Part shown: one piece after another, positions 11,478 through 21,829 of the stretch
Numbering within the stretch: position 1 is the first letter of the stretch
How the letters are laid out: every line of letters starts with the position of its first letter
Assembly: GCF_000143415.4 (NCBI RefSeq)
Contig: NW_003314261.1
Location: 5,988,822-6,052,821, forward strand
Direction: 5' to 3'
Origin: Selaginella moellendorffii
Taxonomy: Eukaryota; Plantae; Lycopodiophyta
DNA: 64,000 nt
Notes under the pieces: model-generated
What the model saw: only the letters and a program-made list of their open reading frames with translations
The model's database searches: none
What the model was told of the DNA's origin: nothing
Made by a program: the position numbers and the translations under genes

Positions 11478-13328
11478 GGAGCACATAGGAGTATATTCCT
11501 AGAATATTCTGACACGCGCGAGATTGTTTTGAGTTTCCTGGAGATCCAACCGTTAGATCGCAACTAGATTTTACAGAATGGTATACAATGTCCTTCTTGA
11601 TGACCCTGCAAAGAAGCATCTTGATCGGACACCACATGAGACCACACGAGCATTACAATGTTTCAGGGGCATTTGCCATAGATCCGACCGTTATTTTGCT
11701 CCAAGATTCTACAGTTTGGTGTGCATTGACCTTTCCATCGACACTGCAAAGGGACATCACAATCAGATGCGGGATCACAAGAAACCAACTTCACTAACTC
11801 TGGTTTCACCAAGATCTACGTAAGGAGTTATGAAATGAAAGGACCCTCTTTATTGAAATGTGTTTATGGTCCTAGGGGCATTGTGACATATCCAAGGATT
11901 TTGCATCAAGTTCTGTATTTGCATGTTTATCAAGCTACTGAATTGCTAAACCCTAAACCCTAAACCCTAAACATGTGGCAAATGTTGCGTGAAGAAAGAT
12001 GCCCTTTCTGGGCAAATGCTGTAAGAGGCAGATGCCGAGCAGATGTATCTCAGGCTAGTGAAGGGGACAAACGAAAGCTAGCAACCAAAGGAATGTAAGC
12101 AACCAAAGGAATGTAAGTAGAGCATGTGTTTGTAAGTTTAAAAATGCCTCAACCACTTAAATTCCCAAGTAAATAAAGCTATTTCTATTTTTGGTACAGG
12201 TAAACTTTATTGCGTGTGGGCTCATGCAATTTTGAACCCAAAAATGCACCAAAAAATGCTCGACTAGCATTATTCTTTGAATGGCGTGTGGCCTTATATT
12301 GCCATAAATGACACAGCATAATTATTCCTTTACACGGCGAATAATCTTGGAGCACATAGGAGTATATTCCTAGAATATTCTGATACGCGCGAGATTGTTT
12401 TGAGTTTCCTGGAGATCCAACCGTTAGATCGCAACTAGATTTTTCAGAATGGTATACAATGTCCTTCTTGATGACCCTGCAAAGAAGCATCTCGATCGGA
12501 CACCACATGAGACCACACGAGCCTTACAATGTTTCAGGGGCATTTGCCATAGATCCGACCGTTATTTTGCTCCAAGATTCTACAGTTTGGTGTGCATTGA
12601 CCTTTCCATCGACACTGCAAAGGGACATCACAATCAGATGCGGGATCACAAGAAACCAACTTCACTAACTCTGGTTTCACCAAGATCTACGTAAGGAGTT
12701 ATGAAATGAAAGGACCCTCTTTATTGAAATGTGTTTATGGTCCTAGGGGCATTGTGACATATCCAAGGATTTTGCATCAAGTTCTGTATTTGCATGTTTA
12801 TCAAGCTACTGAATTGCTAAACCCTAAACCCTAACCCTAAACATGTGGCAAATGCTGCGTGAAGAAAGATGCCCTTTCTGGGCAAATGCTGTAAGAGGCA
12901 GATGCCGAGAAGATGTATCTCAGGCTAGCGAAGGGGACAAACGAAAGCTAGCTATAAACATGACGGGATGCAAATAGATTACTAGGCTGGTCCTGCGAAA
13001 ATCAAAAACCATAATTGAAAACATTGAAAATGCAAAAAGAAAGGTTTATAATATTTTTGAATTTTAAGCAACCAAAGGAATGTAAGTAGGGCATGTGTTT
13101 GTAAGTTTAAAAATGCCTCAACCACTTAAATTCCCAAGTAAATAAAGCTGTTTCTATTTTTGGTACAGGTAAACTTTATAGCGTGTGGGCTCATGCAATT
13201 TTGAACCCAAAAATGCACCAAAAGATGCTCGACTAGCATTATTCTTTGAATGGCATGTGGCATTATATTGCCATAAATGGACGTACACACACAGCATAAT
13301 TATTCCTTTACACGGCGAATAATCTTGG
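11478..13328. repeat. ~0.9 kb tandem duplication in the intergenic spacer of the transposon
   Basis: 11478-12348 is repeated at 12349-13328 (offset 871 at the start). Copy 2 has an analogous duplication with offset 852 (46309/47161). Confidence 0.9.
11946..11972. repeat. Plant telomere-type (AAACCCT)n / telobox tract
   Basis: CTAAACCCTAAACCCTAAACCCTAAAC. Also at 12817-12842, 46666-46685 and 47518-47537. Confidence 0.85.
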
Positions 13329-13864
13329 CGCGGATCGCTGACATGGCATGGCAAAGTTCGAATCACTGACATGGCACAGCTGGATCGAGGCAAGGACATG
13401 ATGTGACAAAGTTCAACCTCCGACAGCAAAGTCTAGAAGCTACTCAGTTTGAAATTTGTCAGAGGAATCATAAGATCTGGTTTGTCAGAGGATTTGATGT
13501 GACGTTCAAGCGTGTGTTATTTTTGAATTCTCGAACTCATTCCTAGGTCTATCATTTTTGTGCGCCGTGTTCTTGGTTCCGCTGAGCGCAGTGAGCGCTG
13601 CTTGTGTAAGCGGCGTTGTGAGCTGTGGTTTATGCGTCTACAAGCGGTTGCGGCATTGCGAGCGCCATTGCGAGCGGCAGTTTATGCGAGTGGCAGTTTG
13701 TGCAAGCGGCGCTACGAGCAGTTGCGGTGTTGCGAGCGGCGCTACGAGTAGTTGCGGTGTTGCGAGCGGCACTGTCTTTGGTGTGGCTACCGCTTCCTCT
13801 TGATATTCGGCACTTGTGCTTCCTGGTATGTTCACCATGGAATGGTTTAGGACCACATTTAGAA

Positions 13865-14054
13865 ATGGCATGAGGCCACATGCCATCTTGGGCCCTTGCA
13901 ATTTCATGGCTAGCGTATTGTCATGTATGTTTTTACTTGCCTGCAGCTGTGTGTATATCAAGATGGCATGAGGCCTCATGCCAATTTTGTGAATGCGAAA
14001 TTTCATGTGGGTGTCAATAGCATGTTTGAATAATGGCATGTGGCCTCATGCTAT
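13865..14054. promoter_or_regulatory. Cluster of three palindromes in a probable 5'UTR intron of the transposase
   Basis: Sites at 13865-13886, 13963-13984 and 14033-14054. Candidate intron runs from GT 13826 to AG 14135, just before ATG 14137. Confidence 0.6.
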
Positions 14055-14136
14055 TGAGGTTGTTTGGTATGTTATGATTTAGGCCATTCTCCAATCATTT
14101 TTTGTATGGTTTTAACTTCTTTTCTGCACTTTCAGA

Positions 14137-17100
14137 ATGGCCTTCAGGGTTGGGGAAAAGGTTTACATTTTGAATGGTGGGAAGAGAGTTGCAAAAGGGA
14201 CCCTTGTGTCTATGGATCGGAACTTTGTTATACACTGTCAAAGGCTTGGGGAAGGCAATGCTGCTGTATCAGTAGAGACTGTCTTCGATGGGAATGTGGT
14301 CGCTATTGAACGAGGAGAGATGGTCGTCGGGGTAAATGTTGTTGTTGCCTTGAAAAATCTTCAGAAGAAAGCAGATGTTGGGGACAGCGCAAGTGCGACG
14401 CATGTTCCCTCCGTGGATCTTAAGAACCGTGCTAGATGGATTCAGGCAAAGGTGTTTCTAAACAACCCCGAGGGGGAGGTGGTAGTTGAGGGCTTAGCCA
14501 CAGTTGTCGATCCAAGAGATGCGGTTGCTAATCAAGAATTGGGCTGGGATGATATTGGAGTTGCAATTTTAGAGGTTGTTGACACAGAAGAAAACAGTCT
14601 GACTATTGGAAGCATTGTGCGGTGGAAATTGAGGCATTTAGTGTTTGAGAATGTGAAGGATTCACAATCAAACACCACTACAACTGATGACAGAACATCT
14701 CTTCATGGGAAAAGAAAGTACACCTTCCTACAGCGCAGCCAAAGGGATCTGAGCAACGAACCGAAAAGGCAGAAAATGGCGATGGAGGTTCGAATGGTCT
14801 CGACAGTTGCTTGTTGCAAGAGGAGGTGCTGTCAACATGCTGATTGGGATGCTATTGAAGAGGAGAGAGCAAGATACAAGACATTGTCCTGGAAGGCAGC
14901 TCGCAATTTTGTGTATGAGGCATTACGGTCATCTGTTGATGCTTCAGAACATCAGGTGGGGGGCATGGTCTTCCAGAGGGGTTTGGTCTGCATGAAGGCA
15001 TGGAGAATCATTTATGGAGTCCCTCGAACCACATTCTACAGAATCAAAACTGAGTTCGAGGAACAAAGGGTTCAACAGGCAGTCCATGGGAACGACGGTA
15101 CGCACAAAACCAGGGGTCATGTTGTATATGGAGAGGCAATCTTCAAGAGGTTTGTCAAGACATGTAGCGAGCAGCAACCACATAAAACCCGCCTCTTGGA
15201 AGATGGAACACGAGACACCCAACGAGTTCTTCCTTCCATGTATACCAAGGGGGCCATATTGGAAGATGTGAATCGGGAACTCCAGAGTAATGGCTACAGG
15301 AAGCTGAGCCAATCTAGATTTAGTAGATTGTAGAGCAACAGGTTCAGGGATGTGAGTATAGGAAAGTACTCCAGCTTTTCAAAGTGTGACGAGTGCACTG
15401 CTATCAAAATGGCTTTGTCGAAGAATTCTTGCAGCGCTCAAGAGCGAGAGACGTTGGTTAGAAGGTGGCTCGACCACAACATCGAGCAGAGAAGCTGCAG
15501 GACTGCATATTATCATAACAGGATTCTCTCCATGGAGAGACCTGACTCTTACCTCTGCATCATCCACGACAAAATGGATCAGAAAAAGACGTGCTTACCT
15601 CGACTCAATCCTGCCCCCAAGGCAATCTCTTCATCCATGCAGCTGCTTGTGTCTCTGTTTGGCATAATCGCTCATGGGCATGGTGCCCAGAACTATGGGA
15701 ACTTCTTTGTACCTCTATGGGGTGGCGGGGGTGCAAACATGATGATTGCGTCCCTAGCAAAACACTTAAGGTCTCTGCAAAGTGCGCAGACTGAGCTGAA
15801 CGGCCAACCCTTGCATAAGGCCCTTGTCGATCGAACCCCATACAGGGTTCAGCTGGAGGAGGAGCAAAGGCTTGCAGTATCGCGTGGGGCCCCATGCCAT
15901 CTCAGTGAATATGTTGGCCGTCAGATTGTAGGGTTATCACGTGAGGCCTCTTGCCATTCCGACGAGGCTAGTCGCCCGGTGAATGCACAGCCTCATCCAA
16001 ATGAAGCAGAATCTCAAGGAAGTTCTTGCGGCCGATGTGGCCTTCCACCCCATCTTCTGCTCCAAACAGACAATGCTGGCAGTGAGAACAAAAACATGTA
16101 CGTCTTCGCGTACTTGGCGATGCTTGTTGCCAAAGGCATATTTGAAACGGTTACACTTGGCTTTCTCATGGTTGGGCACACTCATGAAGACGTCGATGCC
16201 ATGTTCAGTCACTTGGCAGAGTCCCTCCGGCGATCCAATGTCCTCACCCTCCCACAACTCTACGATGAATTCCAAAATTGCATCAAAGGCACTGTTGAAG
16301 CTGCACTTGTGACAGAGGTTCCAGACTTTAAGGGGTTTGTAAGAGGCTACATCAGGGACGGATCCGAAACGCTGATTGGCCACTCCAAGCCTCTTTAGTT
16401 TCATTTCAGCATGCGTGACGGTGCTCCAGTGATGAGGTACAAGATGAGAGAATGGGACACAGTGTGGCTGCCAGTGGATGGCATTGAACTCTTCAAGAGA
16501 GATCCCATAATTGGGGAACCTATGATTCCTCAGGGTTCCCCACGGCCGATGCACCCGGATGGACTCAAAGACCAGGAAAGTATAGTGGCCGGGATTAGAC
16601 AGCATATTGCCTTCTGGAAGAGGGGGTTGGTGTTTGGTGGAGAATCCTATTTTAAGAGGTGCAAGCCTTTGCTCGAATACTGGGAGAAGATTATATNNNN
16701 NNNNNNNNNNNNNNNNNNNNNNNNNNNNNNNNNNNNNNNNNNNNNNNNNNNNNNNNNNNNNNNNNNNNNNNNNNNNNNNNNNNNNNNNNNNNNNNNTTTT
16801 GGCCAGAACCCAGAGCACCAGATAGTAGCGGAACAATGTCCTCTGGAAATGCAGTGACAGATAACGATGTTGAGGATCATTATTGTGGGCCGAGGAACAA
16901 GAAGCCGGATTCAGCATTCAATCCAATACAGGTCTGCAAAGGAATGGTCGTGCTTGTCAGACCCAGTAATAAAAAACAAATGATATGGGTGGGGCGCTGC
17001 ATCACTGATGCAGAGGAGGACGCGGAAACTAACTCCTTCAATGTAACTGTGGAGTGGTTCAAGCCAAGTTCCGGATATACGAAGGATTGCCTAGAAAAGA

Positions 17101-17258
17101 GATGGGTGCTGAATCCAAGGGATCCCAGCATGAGCATATCAGTGGATAATGTTGTGCATGGTTGGATGCGGAAGCAGAGTGCCACCATCACCTTGCTAGA
17201 CCATGCAAGAGATGCAGCAAGAGCATTCATAACCCAGGTTCAAGGTGAGATTCATTAA
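14137..17258 (+). pseudogene. Sola1-like DDD/E transposase (~1,020 aa consensus), with two premature stops
   Basis: Motifs FSKCDEC, CIIHDKMDQ, LLLQTDNAGSENKN, FLMVGHTHEDVDAMFS. TAG at 15331 and 16396 correspond to TGG and CAG in copy 2. Spans the N gap. A short last exon (17297-17331) is possible. Confidence 0.85.
16697..16796. other. Assembly gap (100 N)
   Basis: N run. The equivalent segment in copy 2 is 47 bp (51345-51391). Confidence 0.99.
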
Positions 17259-17945
17259 TATTCCTTTACTAAGTTTCTAATGTATTTTATTTCAAGGTGA
17301 ACAATCCGAATCTGAATCAGAGGAGGCGTGATGGCATGTGGCCCTTTGCACTAGTATATCTTAATACCGGTCTGAGAAATAGAATGGCATGTGCCCTCAG
17401 GCCTTTTACTAAATCACCTTTGAAAGAAATGCAAGCCTCTATGTCGTAAAAAAAAGGTACTAGAGAAATTCCTTAATAATATGAATGTTATTTAGTTTCA
17501 TGAAAATACACTAAGGGTCAAATGAGTTAAATGACTTCTCCAGACTAGCAATGCCTCTTGCTACACCTTCACAATTAGATTCGTTAGAAAAAGATAACAT
17601 TGAATAATATCTAAATGTTCTCACCATTAAGTTATATGTCTGGCTAATAGGAATGACGTTCATCTTGGAAAGCTCACCACACGCTCAATGAACAAACAAA
17701 TAGTGTGTGCGCGCATGCCATCGCTCTTCTTTAGCTTCAGATTCGGCTTGTTCACCTTGACAATGAGATTTATTATACAACCAGATGGACTCAGTTTGGA
17801 CACAAAGTCACCGCGCTAGTCACCATGCCCCAGATATGTCTAGCCCCTGGACAAAAAACATATAATTTCACGTCATTTTCAAATACTTGAAAATTTGTAC
17901 CTAGTCCCATTTTACTGAATAAATCCCACTTTAACGAAATAGAGC

Positions 17946-20040
17946 TTGATGGTAGATTCTTTTTTTGACGATGATTATGCATCTCTCTTTTGTTGGGATG
18001 AGTAATGATATTTCATGATGGTTAATTGTTCTCTTTGATAGCTTATGGTTTTTCACAGTACCACATGTTTTTTGTGATTTGCTCTGGATTGGTCTTTTAG
18101 ATTTGAGATATTGGTAAGATGTTGCTGACACTTGCTTGAACAACTTTGATTCCATGGAATGCGGGTTAGCCTTCAGAATTATGCCTAGGATCCTTTTGAG
18201 TTCTATCTCGTTCAATATAGACCTGTCATCGCTCTCGTGTTCTTCCTCTTTCCTGGGATCTATTCAAATTGGCTTACTGTAATGATTCGCATGAACAAGT
18301 ATTTGTTTTCTTTGCAAAATTTATTTTGTTCTGTTGATTGTTGCTTGAGTTAGTTCTAATAGATTTGGATGTTATTTTCTTTAACTGATACATTTACGAG
18401 CATTTTGCTTGCTAGTCAATGGTACTTTGTGTTCTTGTAGTTGTTTTTTATAAGTTGTTTGGCATGCTATCTATTATTTTTGGTAGTTAAGCTTATTATT
18501 GAGTTAACTTAATAATATACTTACTATTGAATTTTATTGGATGATTAATCGCATGACTTTAACCTTTAATGATCTTGGTGGTTTTTGTATTCTATAATTC
18601 TTGTTTATCAAATGATAACTTACTTGGAATACTTTTGTGTTTTAATTTAAGATTTATTCATTGATAATTAAGTCTTTAAGCTATCATAGTTTATGACTTT
18701 GATATTATCCATCTTTTGATCTTTGAGTTTGGGTCAGTATACACAAATTGGCTTCAACAATTTGTGTGTATGGTGAAATATCTAGTTATGGGGTAACTAC
18801 TGTAAACTAGTCACATCACCCGCTTCTCTCTTGATGTTCCTTATTTCGTTAAAAGGGTGTAACCATGTAAACAACTTTAACTGCCTATTTACAGTAGTCT
18901 ATCTAAACCTTACCGATAGATTTGGTTTCTTTGCTCAAGAGGTTTAGGGCCTCTAGCTTCTCTCTCTATGCCATTTATGGGTTGGGGATACTTTTATAAG
19001 TTGGGTGACACCCAGAGCAATAAGGGTGGCTAACTCCGTTGGTCATTTCCTTATCAACGATGGCCAAAAGGTGTTTGAGTTGGTAGTGCATCTGCATTAG
19101 ATAAAGAGGTTACCCTAACTCATTTAAGTTGGTGCATTTCTTACATAATGTGATCATCGTGAACTTTTTTTAGAGTTGTTTTCTTGTTGGTGGTCTAAAC
19201 TAGGGTATGTATTGACAAGGACATCAATCTTCCCTAAGGGGGAGAGAGTGTCATGAATGTGACTATAAGTATCAAAAAATATCTATCGGCTAGTCTTTTT
19301 GAATATTTTTTCCTTACTACCATGATGGTAGAAAATTGATATTGTTGGACCCTTTATTAGTCTCTGCCTAAGCTAGTTGAGAAATTGATCCTCGTATGTG
19401 CATTTGACCAGATGAGCATAATGACGGAATTTTCAAGTGTTATTAGTCAAATATACTTGACTTGGTTAGAGAAACTCATTCGTTAACTTGCACTTGCTAG
19501 TGTTAGGAACCCCCACGATATTGAGATTGATCCCTTAATACTCGTTATATGATAACTTATTGTGTCTACTAAACACCCTTACTATTATGCCCCATATGTT
19601 AGTTCCATTCAATCCCAATTGCTATTTATAAGGGGTTCCAAATATATAATAGGGGTAGTGGGTATAGCCAACCAACCTAAGGCATAATTTAGCTCTTGCT
19701 TGCATACTTGTTTTTGCTTTGCATCTGGCTTGGGTCTAAGCCTAAGTTTCACACCATGTTAGCTAGTGGAGTACCTATATCCTCGCATTAAGCCACTAGT
19801 ATGTTGAAATAGTATCAAATTCTGTTTGGCTCTGTTTTGTATGCTAGTCCTGGCATTGAGATGCTAGATGCTCTAAGAATGTTCTAAATTGCTTCGTGCT
19901 CTTATCCTTTCACTCCTTGGGCTAAACGTTCAGAAGTCACTCTATGCTCTAGTTCCTTCACTCCTTGGTTGCAAGCTTTGGCTCCGTACCTTTATTCAGT
20001 TGTGCAAGGCCCTAAAACTTGAGTTCCCAATTCAAAAATT
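17946..20040 (+). mobile_element. 3' internal region, PPT and degenerate 3' LTR of the LARD-like family (family B)
   Basis: 17946-19248 is colinear with ~38000-39212. PPT AAGGGGGAGAGAG is followed by TG at 19249. The LTR resembles 39213 onward and 33250 onward. Confidence 0.75.
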
Positions 20041-20348
20041 CACTCCTAAAAGTCGCCACTATATTGTTTAGGAATTTGTAGAATATATGGAATCTTGATT
20101 GGATCTTGTGTTTCCTGGAGCCCGAGGGAGTGCAATTGGTCATAGTAGCTAGAGGAGGAGTCCAAGTGTGAGACTGTCCAAACTGGATGAAAAAGTCCTA
20201 TCATGTTGCTCTCCAACATCATAAACTCCAATATGGTATCACTATCGAGACTTCCTATCCAAGATGGAGACTTTGGTCTAGCTAATATCAATTATGACAC
20301 TTTCTGGGATTCTATAGCCTGCATTGAGAATGGTCACTTGTTCACTAC

Positions 20349-20640
20349 TGTAAGTCACAAATTTTTCCTTTCCAATTTGCTAGTTTACATCGTTTATCCA
20401 ACCACCATAGCCTTGGCCTTAATTAAGTTCCCTTGCCGAAGTTCCTGCCTATTATACTAGCTCTTACTTGGTCCTACTTGGTTTTACTCAAGTTGTACTT
20501 TGAGAATCCGCTTCGCAAGGACCAAGTAAGACCTTTACCCAAGGTTATCCAAGGGGAAGAAGAATACAAAGTCGAGGCCATCCTCAATGTGCACAAAAGC
20601 AAGCGACAAGGATGTGAGGTGAGGGGTGAAATTTAGTGGA
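20349..20640. mobile_element. Gypsy LTR end fragment (minus) followed by a chromodomain-like integrase tail fragment (plus)
   Basis: 20349-20490 matches 26085-26225. The translation GEEEYKVEAILNVH resembles chromovirus chromodomains. Confidence 0.5.
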
Positions 20641-21097
20641 GGGATTTTTGCAAGGTAAAACTCTATATACTTATGCAAAATTCAATTAAAGTATTTATTT
20701 AAGAAATTGAGCAATGTAATATGTTGGGACCCGAAGGTGCACTAAAGGTAAGTTAATTAGCATAGGTTAACTAGGTCAACCAGACATAGGGAACTAAGCT
20801 TGACTCCTTACAAATTCGATAATATCAAATTTGTAGACGTATTTTATGAAGGTTGTGTTCGAGTCTCAACCCTCAAGTAAAGCAAAGTTGAGCTCCAAGT
20901 CCCAACCCATACTAGGGTGTGGTGAGGTGAGGGGTATAGAGACACCTTTATTTTTTTGTCATGGGCTCTTGGTTGGGGAGGGTAATTTAGGCACATTGTT
21001 AAGTGGGGGGATGCCTCTGGAGATATGGTCAACATGTCGTAGGATTAAAAAGAGACGTTTGATGTGGGCATTAAACTTCTTCTATGGGTGATAGAGT

Positions 21098-21545
21098 TAT
21101 AAGGAACCAACTCCCCGAGGTGTTATAGGCTAAAGGATCCTTGGAATGATAAAGAGTTCATCAGATGAGACCGAGTCCAAGATCGAGTCTGAGACTGACT
21201 CTGAGACTACATTTGAGACCAAGTCCGAGATCAAATATGAGACTAACTCTGAGATTGAGTTTGAGACCGAGTCTGAGACTGAGATTGAGACTGAGTCCAA
21301 AACCAAGTCTAAGATTGAGTACGAGATAGAGTCTGAGGTTGGGTTCGAGATCAAGTCCGAGATCAAGTCTGAGACCAAGTCCGAGGTTGAGTCTGAGATC
21401 GAGTCCGAGATTGGTTGAGACTGGGGTCGGGGGCCTTGGGTGGGAGTGAGCATGGACTTAGGTGGTGCCAGTGTTAGGATGTTAGGATGTTAGGAATTTG
21501 CCAGTGTTAGGGATGTTAGAAATTTGGAGGGGATTGAGAGAAAGT
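21098..21545 (+). mobile_element. Inverted fragment of the gypsy LTR with a GAGACC/GAGTCT repeat block
   Basis: Reverse complement of ~26670-27046. Confidence 0.7.
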
Positions 21546-21829
21546 TTAGGAATCTGTAGATGGATGGTTAATGCTCTATTGCCCATGCAGCGTTCACATG
21601 GAACACAAGGTGCATCTTCCCCATCTTCCGAGGAAGTCAAAGGCGGTAAGCCACTTTACCAATTTGAGCCTCAATCTTATAAGGCCCCATGAATCTACTT
21701 AAAGAACTCAAGATTAGTTCATTTCTAGGAATATATGCATTTTACTTTTAAGTTAACTTACGGTTGATCCCGCTTAGTAACTTTAGGTTTTTGGTGTTCA
21801 GCCACACCTTCTCCCCAAGTTAGAATTCT

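Larger units (their letters stand above)
4641..17945 (+). mobile_element. Large TIR DNA transposon, copy 1 (Sola1-like transposase plus ParB/MTase/FCP1 cargo gene)
   Basis: TIRs GCTCTATTTTGTTAAAGTGGGA (from 4641) and TCCCACTTTAACGAAATAGAGC (to 17945); termini may extend 2 bp to AAGC/GCTT. Homology to copy 2 begins and ends at the TIRs. Contains the transposase. Superfamily assignment is motif-based. Confidence 0.9.

Noticed and set aside
11578-12694. 81-aa ORF repeated four times (MVYNVLLDD...)
   Set aside because: Recurrence is explained by recent spacer duplication. No recognisable motif or independent coding evidence.
14137-14630. Classification as CACTA/EnSpm from the N-terminal modules
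   Set aside because: Termini are not CACTA/CACTG, and the catalytic motifs (DNxxxENKN, GHTHEDxD) do not match TnpD.
5025-17721. Palindromes as a CRISPR array or a MITE family
   Set aside because: Irregular spacing, no repeat-spacer periodicity, no cas genes, no TSDs around individual sites, and a eukaryotic context.
4641-17945. Element as bacterial/phage contamination or a Polinton/virus
   Set aside because: It has spliceosomal introns, plant telomere repeats and a clean insertion into a plant LTR. No polymerase, capsid or packaging ATPase genes were seen.
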